Notes: generated by a model not told the origin, from the sequence alone. A stretch of DNA of 53,313 bases, filler included, from Dirinaria sp. TL-2023a (GCA_051941275.1; 4 parts of 4 records of this genome joined end to end with filler, not necessarily neighbours in it); one strand, 5' to 3'; shown: positions 25,257 through 38,139, counted from the whole stretch's first letter. Program-made: numbers and translations.

Positions 25257-26625
25257 TCAGAAACCAGAGGAAGACATCATGTTCCCATGTTGGGGAAATC
25301 CCCTCCCCCCACCGAAGGCAGGCATTGCTCCGCCGGGAACGGGACTTCCAATGTCCCCGGGCCCGGGTCCTCCGCCAATGTTCATCGAAGTATTTCGTCC
25401 AGGCACGAATTTCACGTACGTGTGAGGCTCGTGATGCTCAATAACAAACGAGCCACCACCATTCTGCGTATTCCCCTCTGTATCGCAGATATCTAGCATC
25501 TCTCTCATAGAGATCTGTCCCTCATGATGAGGCTTCATGAGCTCGATCTGGTTTAGAACCGTGTCAATGTTGTGGAACCCATTTCGACTGTCCGTCTGCG
25601 GGTGTGCTGAGAGTTTACTGCACGCCTGAACAACAAGTAAGCGAATCGTAACAGCTCTGGAGCCGCTGGATCGAGCAGAGCCGCCAAGGATGCCGAAGGC
25701 GTTGTTATTGGGCCAGCCAGGTCCTAAATTAATCATCCTTAGTCAGTACTCTCTACATCTGAAGTCAGAAGGATTGTATTACGCACTCGAAACGTTCGGC
25801 CAATTGCCCGGACCTGACATTTGAGGACCATTTGACGGCATTTCGGACGAGTTCCAGGCGATGCCAATTCCGGTTCCAATTTGATAACGTCCGAAGTTAT
25901 CTGGTTTAGCGGCTGCTCCACAATTAGTGTTGAAGTTATAAGATAGCTGTCCAACTTACTGCCAATTGGATCCTGGAACGCTGGGATCCCGGAGAAACCA
26001 GACCCCCCAGATCGTGGAGCACCTGGCGCCATGCTTCCACGCCTTGAGTGGGTGGTATTGGAAGTCAGAGGTACATCCGTGTCCTCCAGCAGAGCACTGC
26101 TCCCAAGGTGGTTGCTGAGGTCGTCAACGTCTGTATGAACGGATTTTCGATAGCTCTCTCCTTGCGGTTGAGGAGCCGTGCTGGATGGCCGCTGAATAGG
26201 GGCTGGCCGTGCAATAGGCTGCGCCTGTGATGGGATCGAAGTCTCGAGGGAAGCAGAAGACTGTCTTGAATGTGAAGAATGTGACGCCATAGTGTCACGA
26301 TTCATGTTATACTGGCTGGAATTGTGAGCCGCAGACATAGCTCCTACGGGGGGCGCTGTTGACATGGGAGCAGCTGAAGATTCAACTGGACCGCCTCGGC
26401 CTTGCGGGAAGGTCCTTAGAGGTGTTGGACCCCCCAGCCCAGGAGGATAAGCTGTATGGTTTGGGCCCATATAAGGACGATAGCCGTTATATGGTGGCTG
26501 TTGGGAGAACATCGAAGACTCTGGGACTGGGCCTCGTTGTGCAACTTTGGGCATCATCGAGCCAAAGTTCGAGTGGAAACCATTCCCAGCTGCAGCAGGC
26601 ACATTCGAGAGTCCGGGGGGTTGGG
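25257..26625 (-). CDS. NST1: Stress response protein NST1, 3' portion only (5' end cut by the contig break)
   Basis: C-terminal motifs PIARPAPIQRPSS, LSNHLGSSALL, RAVTIRLLVVQAC, MLDICDTEGNTQNGGGSF. Introns at about 25959-25913 and 25785-25724. Confidence 0.78.
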
Positions 26626-26725
26626 NNNNNNNNNNNNNNNNNNNNNNNNNNNNNNNNNNNNNNNNNNNNTTAATTAATTAANNNNNNNNNNNNNNNNNNN
26701 NNNNNNNNNNNNNNNNNNNNNNNNN
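26626..26725. other. Artificial contig spacer (44 N + TTAATTAATTAA + 44 N)
   Basis: Same linker as at 13271-13370. Confidence 0.98.
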
Positions 26726-27053
26726 GTAATAGAGGTAGAACAGAATTGTAAACCAAATTTTTTCCTTTTTTTCCCTTTTTTCTTTCTTTCTTTCTTAATC
26801 AAGGTAAAGTCTTCATCACGCCTGATTATTTCATGATATGATTCGAGGTAGAGACACACTATAGTACAAAAATCTTCTAGAAAAACCGGTACGCCTTTGT
26901 GTGAGCAGGTACCTTGGCTGGGAGCAGATTCCTCTCCACCTGCAACGTATCATGATTGAACTTCAAGCAAAAAGATGGCGCCAGGAAAATGCTGTAGCAG
27001 CAGCAAGAACAACAGCAAAACGCCCACTCAGCTGCTCAACAATATGCATGATT

Positions 27054-29447
27054 TCATGTCATTCCATGTGTGCCGTGACTGTCATGATCTTCGAGCCGGA
27101 TCTCGTCTCCTTCTGCTTCTGCTTCACGTGTCGTTCCGCGAGGAGTGTTGCCACCGCTTCTATACTTCGCGTCGTCTTGTAGCGTCTCGTGTTCCCCAAC
27201 GCCGGCCAAAAGATCCATGTCCGCCAGTCCAGAATCCACGTGCGCGAACCCCGCTGGCGCTGGCCCGCCGCCAGCGCCATCGAGGTCGGCATAAGGGAAG
27301 TAGCCTCTCTGCACAATGTAGGGCGTGCCACCCACTTCAACCTCCCCCCATCGGTTTTCTCCAGTCGGCGATATTGGCACGATCTGTGGATCGCAGCTGT
27401 CGCTCTGTGTGGCAGAAGGCTGCCTGGATCGGCTCAAGGGAGAAAGGTGGGTGGCGTCCGCCGGCGGTCTTCTGCCCCTGCCGATGTCCATGAACGAGCC
27501 TGGTCGGTCAAATGGCATGTCATTCGAATATAGACCATTGGTTTGCGCGTAGTGACCCTGTGTGACGTCTTCGTTTTTGCTGCTGCTGGCGTCCGAATCA
27601 AAGTCGCCGACAACGAGTGCATTGTTTGGGTGCTTGCGATGATCAGACGTGGACGGAGCCCTTGGGAGTGTTCCGTTTTCAAAGGGGAAAAGTCGTAAGA
27701 GATCTTTCGCAGATAGACGCCGTTTGGGGTCATGATTGAGACACCGTGTCGCCACTTCACAGTAATACTGAGGGACAGGGTCCCTGGCCGGTTGTAAAGT
27801 CAGAGGCCGCGGCTGTCGTTCCGGCTCATCCTCCTCCGTAGCCAGTCCCCACAGTACCATCCCAAGCTGAAAGAGGTCTGACTTAACGCCGATATACATG
27901 GATATCCTTTGGCCTCTCTCGATCAATTTTGAGATCTCGGGGGGCTCCCAGCCTACCGGGCAGCCGCGTCGGTTGATGTCGATAATTTTGGCATCGTCCT
28001 CCTCGTCTATCACGATATTAGAGAGCGTAAAGTCGCCCTGTACAAAGCCTGCCTCATGGATCTCCGAAAGCCCTTGTATTATCTGTCGTGCCCACTTCTC
28101 TCTCCGTTCCCAAGGTAATTGCCCTCTGTTGTCGTACAAGATATCTACAAGTGCACCCTGTTCCGCGAAGCCGATCAGAAGCCCTTTCACCACCGAATGT
28201 CCCTCATCAACGACCAAGCCCTTGAACTGTATGACACTTTGGGAGCCGATCAGCTGATCCAAAGCGTTAATCTCGTAGAGAAATTCATCGACGCTGTCCG
28301 GCCCGGGTATCTCTTTCTTGATCCACACGTGCTCGTGCACACGAACCTTGTAAACAAAACCTGACATATGGGCCTCAAAATTGAGTTCGCTCTCCTTGAA
28401 GAACACACAGCCCAGGTTTTCCACCATACTCACGGGGGGATAGGGGATGATCTCGTTGACGTCTTCCGTGACATGCACGTGGAGTCGGTCATCTCTAGTT
28501 TCAAGCTTCAAGTTAGTCACGGTATCATAGAATTGTATATCGGGCAGTGACATGCGGATGGATTCGTATATCCGCGCACTTTTGTCTCGCTGAAACTGGA
28601 GAGCTTGCAAATCTTTCTCCAGAGAATGAGGCGGAGCATCCCGATAGTCGCATGATACTGTCACCCGCCTCCACCGGTGGGCTTCTTCTGCATAAGTGAG
28701 AAAGAATTTCTCACGCGGTGAGTGATCCCGGAAGTGCATGCTGAGGTTAAGTATCCATTTTTTGTCCAGCTCCTCCCTGATCTCGTCGTCCATCTCGTTG
28801 TCGCATGAACCTTCCGAGGGTGCCGGCTCGTCAGCATAGGAGTCGCTATCTGCGGGTGGCAGTGGAGGCGGTGGCGGAGGCGGCTGTGGAGGAGACAGCT
28901 GCTGGTGATTCTCTGTGCCATGTAGCGGTATATCCGGGCAAGTGCCACGCCTAGCGGAAGAGTGTCCATCGTCGAGATCCCGCACCTCGGGCGCGGAATG
29001 TTTGGGTAGGGGTACAGGAGGCGGAGAGGCGGGTCGGGCGCTGAGGGCTCTGCGTCGTTCGACTGACACGGCCCTACGCTCGGTGACGGAGGGTTGAACG
29101 GGTGTCAATCGATCCCTTCGCTCTGAATTCTGCCGGCGAAACGTCGCCGGTCGCGGAAGACCGGGGACGACTTTTCGGGAAAGCCGTCGACCCAATCCCG
29201 GCCTGGCAGTCGGTGGTTGCTGTTTGGGCTGTGGAATGGGGCAAGAGATTGGGTCATTGCGCCCCAGGAGTTTGCTGAAGCTAAAGCGGTGCCAGGCGAA
29301 TCTTTCGATCTTCTCGGATTCCAAGGAGAGCGGTGGGCTGGGCATGGCGGCCATTTGCAATTGCCATGTAAGATCCGGATCGGCAGTCGTGTCACACATG
29401 GACCAGGCAGTCATTGAGTAGAGAGATGGAAGTGGCAATGGGAGCAT
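27054..29447 (-). CDS. Fungal protein kinase-domain protein with atypical motifs, ~797 aa
   Basis: Long ORF. Kinase subdomains GFVYKV, WIKKE, EFLYE, GLSEIHEAGFVQGDFTLSNIVID, KIIDIN, WEPPE, KSDLFQLGMVLW, RRLSA. Pro-rich N-terminus; exact start uncertain. Confidence 0.85.
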   Translation of the reverse strand: MLPLPLPSLYSMTAWSMCDTTADPDLTWQLQMAAMPSPPLSLESEKIERFAWHRFSFSKLLGRNDPISCPIPQPKQQPPTARPGLGRRLSRKVVPGLPRPATFRRQNSERRDRLTPVQPSVTERRAVSVERRRALSARPASPPPVPLPKHSAPEVRDLDDGHSSARRGTCPDIPLHGTENHQQLSPPQPPPPPPPLPPADSDSYADEPAPSEGSCDNEMDDEIREELDKKWILNLSMHFRDHSPREKFFLTYAEEAHRWRRVTVSCDYRDAPPHSLEKDLQALQFQRDKSARIYESIRMSLPDIQFYDTVTNLKLETRDDRLHVHVTEDVNEIIPYPPVSMVENLGCVFFKESELNFEAHMSGFVYKVRVHEHVWIKKEIPGPDSVDEFLYEINALDQLIGSQSVIQFKGLVVDEGHSVVKGLLIGFAEQGALVDILYDNRGQLPWERREKWARQIIQGLSEIHEAGFVQGDFTLSNIVIDEEDDAKIIDINRRGCPVGWEPPEISKLIERGQRISMYIGVKSDLFQLGMVLWGLATEEDEPERQPRPLTLQPARDPVPQYYCEVATRCLNHDPKRRLSAKDLLRLFPFENGTLPRAPSTSDHRKHPNNALVVGDFDSDASSSKNEDVTQGHYAQTNGLYSNDMPFDRPGSFMDIGRGRRPPADATHLSPLSRSRQPSATQSDSCDPQIVPISPTGENRWGEVEVGGTPYIVQRGYFPYADLDGAGGGPAPAGFAHVDSGLADMDLLAGVGEHETLQDDAKYRSGGNTPRGTTREAEAEGDEIRLEDHDSHGTHGMT

Positions 29448-30441
29448 GCAAGTATCCCCGAGGTATGATGAAGTGTGTCCGAGGGGTCATTGAAAGAAGC
29501 GTGAATAGCATCGAGAAATAATAATGTGATAAGAACAATAGTCTTCTCTCCAAAACTTCCGATTAGCAGTTCCCAAAATATCCTTTACTCCAAGTTCCGG
29601 GGAAAAGGGAGACTCAGTATTTGACGCCTTAGGAAGTGATGAGCGATGACAGCGATGATAATTGCTTTTTTTTTCCCTTTCCTCTTCTCGTTTCCGGTTG
29701 CTGGGAATTCACTGGCGAGTGACAGCGGGCAAGTGAGGCTTTTGCGGTTTGGATCCTCTTCTCACGTATCCCAGGGTTGCGCCCAACGCTATGCGAGATG
29801 CAAGACTACCCGAGAGTCGACAGTTCAGGCAGTCGGAAGCATCTGAGTGGAACGGAACTATTCATACTAATCATACTAGTATTCATGCCTCATGCCTTGC
29901 GGTGGGCCATGCCCGGGTTTGGTAAACTCAGGAGGTACTTGGCGTGTACGAGTACTTGTCGAGTAGCGGGAGAGGTCTTCTAAGCTGAGGTTGAGATCTT
30001 AACAGGACATTTCCCCAAGTGCGCCTCGTCGAAGGAATCAAAAGTTCTGGAGCATCACTGCAGCGTTGATTGATTGGCTGGCCTTGCTCGCGCTTCTCCT
30101 CCTCCCGGCACGCCAGCCTCCCAGCTCGGCCAGATTGGCAGATAGACCAGATACACCAGATACACCAGATATACTTTACTGTACTTCCAAGTTCCAATAC
30201 CCTACCCCAGTGATACTAAATACCTACAAGGTATGTCACACTATCTACCTACGTGCCCCAAAGCGGATACCTGCAAGCAAAAAGCAATCATGCTTCGGCC
30301 ATTAATATTATTGAATACCGTCTGTTCTAAGATCTGGATGTACCTTTTCCGTACTTCCACCTTACATACCTTAGATACCTGCACTCCCTTCCCCTCCCCC
30401 CCTCTTCGGCTGTGAAACGGCAGAAGCACATTCTGACCTGT

Positions 30442-30472
30442 CGTCCCACTCGTCCCACTCGTCCCACTCGTC
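30442..30472. repeat. 9-bp tandem repeat (CGTCCCACT x3)
   Basis: Read directly. A similar 9-bp repeat (ACCAGATAC, ~3 copies) lies at about 30146-30172. Confidence 0.75.
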
Positions 30473-31495
30473 CGTCCGTCTCCAATTGCTTTCCCGTCAA
30501 GAGAGGATGATATCATTATACCACATCTTTCCGAAGGTGTGCTACTGCAGTAGTCCTGTGTCGGCACCTTCTCAATTGGCTCGATCGCTCCAAGCAAAGC
30601 GCCGGACTTTGGGCACAAACAGTAGTCGGCGAGGCTTCCAATTGCTGCTGCATGCGTTTTGTAACCATCGTTGCATTAGTCGCTTATTTTACAGGGCACC
30701 TTTCCACTTGGCTCCGATTCGCATGTACGTGGCACCGCTGGCACTGCCATCCGCTTGCCGCGCTCCCCGCCTCATTTGTGCGACGCTGTGGACAACGGAG
30801 GATGGCGTGGATACGATGCTCAGGTCCGTCGTAAGCTGAATGTTAGCACTCAGCACGAGGCACCAGTCAACCCGTGGGTTGAAAATCGCCCGCCAGTCTG
30901 AACTGCACGGCCCGCTGTTAGCCCGGCATAAGGCTCATAACCACGTTGACAGCGTGCCGGAAATGCATAGACCAAATACTCCGTGAAGGTTGTTGGTTGA
31001 AGCCTCTAACGCTTCAGAGTGAAAAGGCCTCCGTTCATGCGATGATGGTGGTGACGAGGACGACCACAACGGAGTACAGTCAGCTGACGAGCATGATTGA
31101 TCGACTATCACTAGACTCCTGTCATTCCTACCGAGCTGACATTGCGCCCATCTTACAATTCCTCGTGGCAACGTTGTTGCCAATGAGTACCGGTGCTGAA
31201 AGGTCTCAGGCTGCTACCTGATCCTGCATCTTGCACTACAGTAATAGGCATCTTGGCTCTCTCTACAGCTCTCCCATATACCTTTATGTCCATCCATATA
31301 CATCTCAAAAGCTCCTGAGCGGAGTTGTAACTGTGCCGCCCCTTCAACGAGGGCATTTGTGTAAACTCATCAACCCGTACCCAGTGCAAATGCTTGCGTG
31401 ATATCCAACGCCAACCCATGCCGCTCGTAGTGCTCACTCCAAGCAGCAATCGCTGAAAATTATACCTGCGATGCCCCAAACAGCTTGATTCTATA

Positions 31496-34400
31496 TCAGT
31501 CCTGGTCGCTCAATTCGGCATCCTCCTTATCTGACTTCGCTAGTTGCGCCTTCCATACGCTGTTCGCTTGGTCGTGATCGATGTCCGGAAACACCAGGTC
31601 AAAGACATCCGAGTACCAACTGACCGCGTGGCCTTCGATACCCTCCTTAATGTTCTGCGCAGGTCAATCAGCAGATGCGGGTTACGAATGAAGCAAGGTC
31701 CCTTACCTCGGGCAGCTCAAGCCAATCCGACATATTATCGGTGGGGAAGACGATGGCTTTGGCGCCGACACGCCTAGCCGCTACTGTCTTCTCGCGCAAG
31801 CCTCCAATGCGAAGAATCTTGCCGGTAACTGTCAACTCTCCCGTCATGGCAACGGTGGGATCTAGTGACCGATCCAAGGCCAGCGATAAGAGCGAAGTAG
31901 CCATCGTAATGCCGGCAGAAGGACCTGTGAATCGATCAGCCTTTAGCATGTTGGTGTAACAGATATGGCTGGGGATGAGCATACCGTCCTTCTGAACCGC
32001 GCCTTCAGGACAATGAAGATGTAGTCTGGCCTTGTCGAAGAAGTGGTTTTCAGGGAACATCTTCGCCATTAGAGATTTCGCAAACGAGTAGGCAATCAGC
32101 GTCGACTCTTTCATCACATTCTTCAAGTTCCCCGTTCTTTCGAGCCCAGGACGTGAAGAAGCAGTGAGAGCACTCTCGAGTATAGACTCAACATACAAAG
32201 CTGCGCCTCCCATGCTGGTCCAAGCGAGGCCCATTGCTACGCCTGGCGGAGTCGTCTCGTAAAGACGGTCCGAGGTGAATATAGGAGGGCCAACATAATC
32301 TTTGAGGTTGGCCTGACTGATCGAGACATGGACACTATCGGGCACACTGAGACTTTTCCTAGGTTCGGCGGTGGTCTCTTTTTCAATGGATTGCGGAGTC
32401 TCTTTCACATCGCTTTCATCTTTCTTGGACTCCTCGAAAGCAGCCTTGCCTTCGTCCGTCAAGGCTTTCTCCTCAGAAAAGACTTCCTCCCCCAAATCTT
32501 GAATGATATTCAATGCCGACTTACGGTAAACCTTCTCAATCTGCTTTTTCAAGCTCCGTACACCGCTTTCACGACAGTACGATTTGATGAGCTCCTCTAT
32601 GGCACCCTTGTCAAGCGACACATCAACGTCCTTGAGGCCGCTGAGCTCCTTAGCCGCTGGTGCCAGATACCTTTCCGCTATAGCCATCTTCTCGTCTGCA
32701 ACATACCCAGATAGTTCGATCATCTCCATTCTGTCAAGTAAAGGCCGGGGGATGGTGTCAGTCATATTTGCAGTACATACGAAGAGGACTTTGGACAAGT
32801 CTACCGGCACATCCATATAGTGGTCGAGAAAAGAATTGTTTTGCTCTGGGTCCAGCAGCTCGAGTAAGGCAGAAGAAGGGTCCCCTTGGTGACCTCTCCC
32901 TATCTTGTCAACCTCATCGATGAGGATAAGTGGGTTCTCAGTTTGGCATTTCTTGAGGGCTTGTATGATGCGCCCTGGAAGCGCACCCACATACGTTCGT
33001 CGGTGGCCCTTAATCTCAGCAACATCCGTCAAACCACCCACACTAAACCGATAGTATTGCCGGTTGAGTGCACGCGCGATTGACTTTCCAATGCTTGTCT
33101 TGCCCACGCCGGGTGGCCCCACGAAACAAAGTATCTTTCCTTCGACAGTGCCGCGAAGCTTGCCAACTGCGATAAACTCCAGTATGCGGTCCTTCACATC
33201 TTTCAAGCCATGATGGTCTTCATCCAAGACCGTCATCGCGTTCTTGATCCCAAAGTTTTCCGCGCTTTGCTGGCCCCAAGGTATTTGCGTCAGCCAGTCC
33301 AGGTAATTCCGTGTGACGTTAAATTCTGACGCGGCCGGTTCAAGATGAACCAGCTTATTGACTTCTTCATCGAAGACCTTCCTTACGGCCTCCGGCATTG
33401 CTAGCTTGTTGGCTTTCTCACGGAATTTTTCGACCATCTTGTCCTTACCGTCCGATTCAATGCCCAGCTCTCGACGGATACCTTTCATCTGCTCCATAAG
33501 CCAATATTCTCTTTGCCGCTTTTGAATCTTATTCTCGACATCTTTGGAAATTTTGTTCTGTAATTGCGCGTTCATGAGCTCCTTCTTCAAGACCATTAAT
33601 GCTTTAGATAGCCGCTCTTCTACGTTTATCGTCTCTAGCACCTCTTGTAATTCTCCGAGTTCGCCCGCCGATACGGCAGCGGCAAAATCAGCTAACTTTC
33701 CAGGTTCGTCTAGGATGTTGCCTGCTGATTGGCTCATTGAAAAGGTGGAGATTTGATCACGGAAGAGGGGGTTAAGTTGCGCAACATCTTTGAAGACGTT
33801 TACAAGCTCACTGGTAACCGCTTTGATGACTGGACTTTTCTTTTCATATTTTTCTTCTGCAAGATTCTCCACATTGACAAGACTGACAGCAAAGTTGCGT
33901 AGGAACGATGTTGGCTCGTAGGCTTGGACTTGCTGCGAGTGGTGAGACGCATTAGCCTCTTCAAAGCTTGCGACAAGGTCTCCAGCTTTTTCAGGTGTTG
34001 GGGACCCCTTCGCTGTCTGAACATCAGCCCTCGAAATGTCTGTGGCGGGCAGAGCTGGATCAGCGACCGGGCTGTCGCCTTGAACTTTGGGAGGTATAAG
34101 CTTGGACATGCGGATCCTTCTGTGAGGGTACAGAACGGCCGTAATGCTTTTCTCTTCACCATTCACGGGAAATGTACTAGTGATTTGGGCGAAAACTCCA
34201 ACATCGTATACATCGTCGATGTGTTCTATAACATCCTTGTCCAAGGCTTCGTCCTTGAACAGGAATGCGCCGACGTAGGGTTGACCGCGCCGCATCATCT
34301 CTTGAATTGCCGCCGCTACATTAGGGTCCCGTATAGTGATTGCTTTGTAGAACCCTGGAAATAGTGGACGCTTTGCCATGGGGATAGCCATGACTTGGGG

Positions 34401-34913
34401 ATATACTTCAGGCACCGACGGTTTCTGTATCGCCTTTTCCGGCGAGGCTTTTCGCCCGCTCTTTCTCCCTCCATCGTTACCACCAGATCCAGACTCACCG
34501 CCTGCAGCAGCGCCACTACCTCCGACATTGCCATTGCTGCTCGCCCCTACAGAGCTAGAGGGAGATCTCTCTGGTGATTCCTTTAGCTCTATCGCATCCG
34601 TTGGACTGGCCGGCTCGCGCGCCGAGTCTTCCTGTGCCTCACTTCGGGCTTCTGATTTCTTCTTGTGTGGTATTGGATCGGGGATATCGCTCGATGCATG
34701 ATCTTTTCGTCTGGCCGAGGAAGTACTGATGTATTGAGATCTGCTCGGCAGAAGGCAGTCGAGCTGGTACCGCTGCCTAGCGAAGTTAAGTGGAAGAGAG
34801 CTGTATGTAGCATGATGTGGTGCCCAGGATGGCGAAACCAAAGACTTCCTGGCGTGGAGTCTACGGAAATTGTGGAAGGCCGATCTCCATGTCGAGGTCT
34901 GAATGCAGACCAT
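31496..34913 (-). CDS. PIM1: Mitochondrial ATP-dependent Lon protease, ~1101 aa, 3 exons
   Basis: Exons 34913-31985, 31924-31707, 31654-31496. R/S-rich presequence, Lon N domain (RPLFPGFYK), Walker A GPPGVGKT, Walker B LILIDEVD, catalytic DGPSAG after splicing, IGGLREK. Confidence 0.96.
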
Positions 34914-35952
34914 GCTACAGGGAAGCGTTTTGAGACTAATGAGGAGTTAGACACAGCGACAAGGATACAGGTGAGACTCTTATCAAAGAGATACTTTATT
35001 CTCTACGGTGGCGACTCCAGCTTGAGATGAAGCATAGCGTTTCCTTCAGAATACTCCGACACATTTTCCATTCTTACTGTAACGATGATGCATGACGATC
35101 TCCCGGTCAAATCCTACTCCGGTACCTTGGCAGGCTTGGCGGCAGATAGGGTTAGGGTTATAATCAACCAGCCGGCGGGAGGCACAGGCACCTCAAGGCG
35201 TACCCAAGCGAGCCAAGGGCAGACTCTCCCACCAAGACATGAGGGTGAAGCGCAAAGTTTTTTCATTTGTTGCCAGGTCACAATGAACGACTGCATCAGT
35301 GTGAGACAGCTGGAAGACTCGAGTTCAAGGGCGAGCTGTTTCTGTATTAGAAAGGCCTCTTGATACTCCGACTAGGTACATGTACATCATTTGGCTACAG
35401 TAGGCAAGCAATCTCCATCAGTGCTCACAAGATTTCCGCATGATACTCGCACAATCACAGCGAATTCAGCATCGGTCCTATAGAGGTTAAAGTGGCAACA
35501 CCAGGTTTGGTGAGTCCGGGACCCCAACTTGAGTATCTCATCTTCCAATTCATCGATTGTGAGCCTGGACGGTTGACCCTCGATTCTCTCATACCGCCAA
35601 TAAACGGTTCTATTGCGTCCAAGTTACATTTTGACGGTCACAAGACCCGACCAAAAAAATTCATTCACGTTCATCCACTATCTGTATTTATTGCGTTCTC
35701 GTGTTCAGAGGCTTGGGCATGATGTATGGTATTAGTTGTGACAAATTTGGGATGGAGTTAGGTTTGGCTAAGTCGCTCCTGCTCTGCCTAAACTTCTTCC
35801 GCCCTTGTCTCATCTCAAGCAATTTCCATTCAATACTGCTGAATTCCATACGGAAAGACCGTGGGACCTTGATATTTTTGACATCTGTTCTTCTGCTGCG
35901 TAAACCATCCTAGCACCTTCGTTATCCTGTATCGCTTTACCACGTATTGGCA

Positions 35953-37503
35953 ATGAGTTCTCGCAGCAGTCCTAATTTCCCTAAATTGAGAAGCAAACCG
36001 ACACAGGAGATTGAATCTGGATTCTTTCGGAATTGGTCATTGCGTCCATCAGCACGCTTGAGTCGTTCTTCAGACACTGGGCAATCAAGTGATGTCTCCC
36101 CAGGAACGAGTCCAACACCATTGGCGGTATCTGTCGGTGGTGAGAAGGCGCAGCGGAAGGCCGTCCGACCAGAACATCACAGGTTAAGGTCTGAACCACT
36201 CTTGAAAAGTGTAATCAGTCAGGGTGCGGTACATGATGGTCCTCCACCTACTACGCCTGCAACCAGGGCAGTGGAGAAAAAGCCGTCGCTACTAGCCAAA
36301 GCGTCTACGGAATCATTGGCCTCCGATTCGCGCAAGTCACGATCTTCGCCGGGCTCTTCCACGTTCCGCCGCCTTGTGTACTTTTCAAGCCAATGTCTAA
36401 CGCAAAACACAAGGCCGGAGGCGAGTCCACCACTCAAAGCCAAGGACGACATTCGTTGGAAACATGAGATATCTGGGCGCTCGGTCGAAATTAGGATTGC
36501 GCGGCAGCCCCATGTAGAAGAATTGCCCCAAAAAGCGGAAGACACTGCACCTATGAGTCTTGGCCTGAATCAATCAGCTCAGGTATCCGTTCCTACATCG
36601 CCAGACATGCTTCTAAGCCCGCTTGTTGGACACTGTGATGCTCCACCAAAAAGCCTTGCCAAACCCGTTTCGAGAGAACCTTTAGCTGTCGTCAAACAAG
36701 CATCTACCAAATCTGCTCCCGCGACTCCTGAACCGAAAGCTGGAAAGTTCTTATTAAAGAGGCATCTCTTCGGTCGTAAGCAAGCCACGGAAAATCGACC
36801 ACGACCAGCATTTTCACAAGCACGAAGTATGACTGGGCATGTCTTGGAGCGCGCCGCAAGCATACTGAAGGACTTCGTAGAGAAGACGGCGTCTCCAATC
36901 AGCGGTGCCAGCTCGAGTAGTAGTAACACATCGATCGCTGCTAGCTATTCCCACAATCTACAACACCAACGGCCAACGCCGCTCTACAAAGGGTACAGCA
37001 ACGCAAGTTCTGTCGGCAATATGGCTGCTAGTAAGGCCCCAGTTGGAACACCTGCGAGTACAGACTCTCGATTGATGTACACTGGGTCGGATGACAAGCA
37101 ATATTTCAGGGTGGAAATTTCTGAACCAGGCGCGCCTACTTACCTACCTTCTGAGGCGCGTAGAATCGGGACTCCGCCGTTACCAGGCCAGAACAGTCGA
37201 GTGCGAGGATTTTTCTTCGACTATAATGTGCTTGATGATGGAACTCGTACACCAAGTCCGGAGAAGGTTGAGATTTTACCTCCTCAACCTCGAATCAAAC
37301 GAAAGAAAACTTTAGATCCTGATTGGTACGGGGCCAAACTGACAGCTGACGAAGAGCGAGACTTGATAGCAAATTTTGAGCTGAACGTACCCGATCATCT
37401 GCCTGGTAGTCCGCTCTGTCCGAAGCACCCTAAGCATAAGTCTGGAGGTAGAGGGATATGTGTCTATCATGGCAGGAACCGTGAGAGTCAGGCTGAAAAT
37501 TAG
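35953..37503 (+). CDS. Conserved fungal hypothetical protein; disordered, with a C-terminal Cys/His motif
   Basis: ~516-aa S/P-rich ORF ending FELNVPDHLPGSPLCPKHPKHKSGGRGICVYHGR. A short in-frame intron near 36363-36413 is possible (CTAAC...AAG). Confidence 0.7.
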   Translation: MSSRSSPNFPKLRSKPTQEIESGFFRNWSLRPSARLSRSSDTGQSSDVSPGTSPTPLAVSVGGEKAQRKAVRPEHHRLRSEPLLKSVISQGAVHDGPPPTTPATRAVEKKPSLLAKASTESLASDSRKSRSSPGSSTFRRLVYFSSQCLTQNTRPEASPPLKAKDDIRWKHEISGRSVEIRIARQPHVEELPQKAEDTAPMSLGLNQSAQVSVPTSPDMLLSPLVGHCDAPPKSLAKPVSREPLAVVKQASTKSAPATPEPKAGKFLLKRHLFGRKQATENRPRPAFSQARSMTGHVLERAASILKDFVEKTASPISGASSSSSNTSIAASYSHNLQHQRPTPLYKGYSNASSVGNMAASKAPVGTPASTDSRLMYTGSDDKQYFRVEISEPGAPTYLPSEARRIGTPPLPGQNSRVRGFFFDYNVLDDGTRTPSPEKVEILPPQPRIKRKKTLDPDWYGAKLTADEERDLIANFELNVPDHLPGSPLCPKHPKHKSGGRGICVYHGRNRESQAEN

Positions 37504-38139
37504 CAAAAGCGCAGATCATACCGTAGAGACACTGGCTTGAACGAAATATTTCAGATCGATCCTGACTCTTCTAAAGTCACGTGCATTCATCGTGAATCAA
37601 CCAAGGTAGGATCTTACTCAAAGTAAGAGGTGGCTTCTGGAGAAAGCGCAAAAGCGCAAAAAAATACCCGTACGAGTACAGCGAAGCTTAGGGTTAAAGA
37701 ATCTCGCTCATCTCTGCAACCCTAAATGAGCAATAAGGTACCTTACAGTACCTTACCTTAGATACAATAATGCTGCCAGGCCGTGGAGTTTTATGCCGGA
37801 TGTCCATTTCGTGCAAGTACAGTACAGTAGACAGACAAGATGCTGAATCGAGCTGCAAGGCTACCAGATACTCGTTCGGGATTTTCTGTGACCCAAAAAG
37901 TTGGAGCCTGCATTATGTACCTTATATATCATTGTTGCACTGTGTCAAGGTCCACTACTACCTACATAAGCTTACTAGGATATTCCGCATTCTAGGTTTC
38001 CTCACTGATAGCCTCTACCACGAAGAGTGTTTCAAGCTGCGAGCAGCTTGGCCTTTAGTAGTACCTGGTTTCTAACACCTAACTTAGTCTCTGATACTGT
38101 AACTTTCCGATTTCGATAACGCGATATCAGCCAGCCACA

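Noticed and set aside
29450..31490. Short ORFs between the kinase and Lon genes
   Set aside because: Low-complexity or random-looking translations, partly from 9-bp repeats; treated as intergenic or UTR.
31925..31984. 20-aa insertion in the Lon catalytic motif (DG-MLIPSH...-PSAG)
   Set aside because: It is a 60-nt in-frame GT-AG intron; splicing restores DGPSAG.
882..34701. Many 60-220 aa ORFs antisense to or overlapping the PKS, kinase, Lon and other genes
   Set aside because: Shadow ORFs of real coding sequence, with no independent motifs.
35147..35160. TAGGGTTAGGGTTA as a telomere
   Set aside because: Only about two units, internal and in a promoter region.
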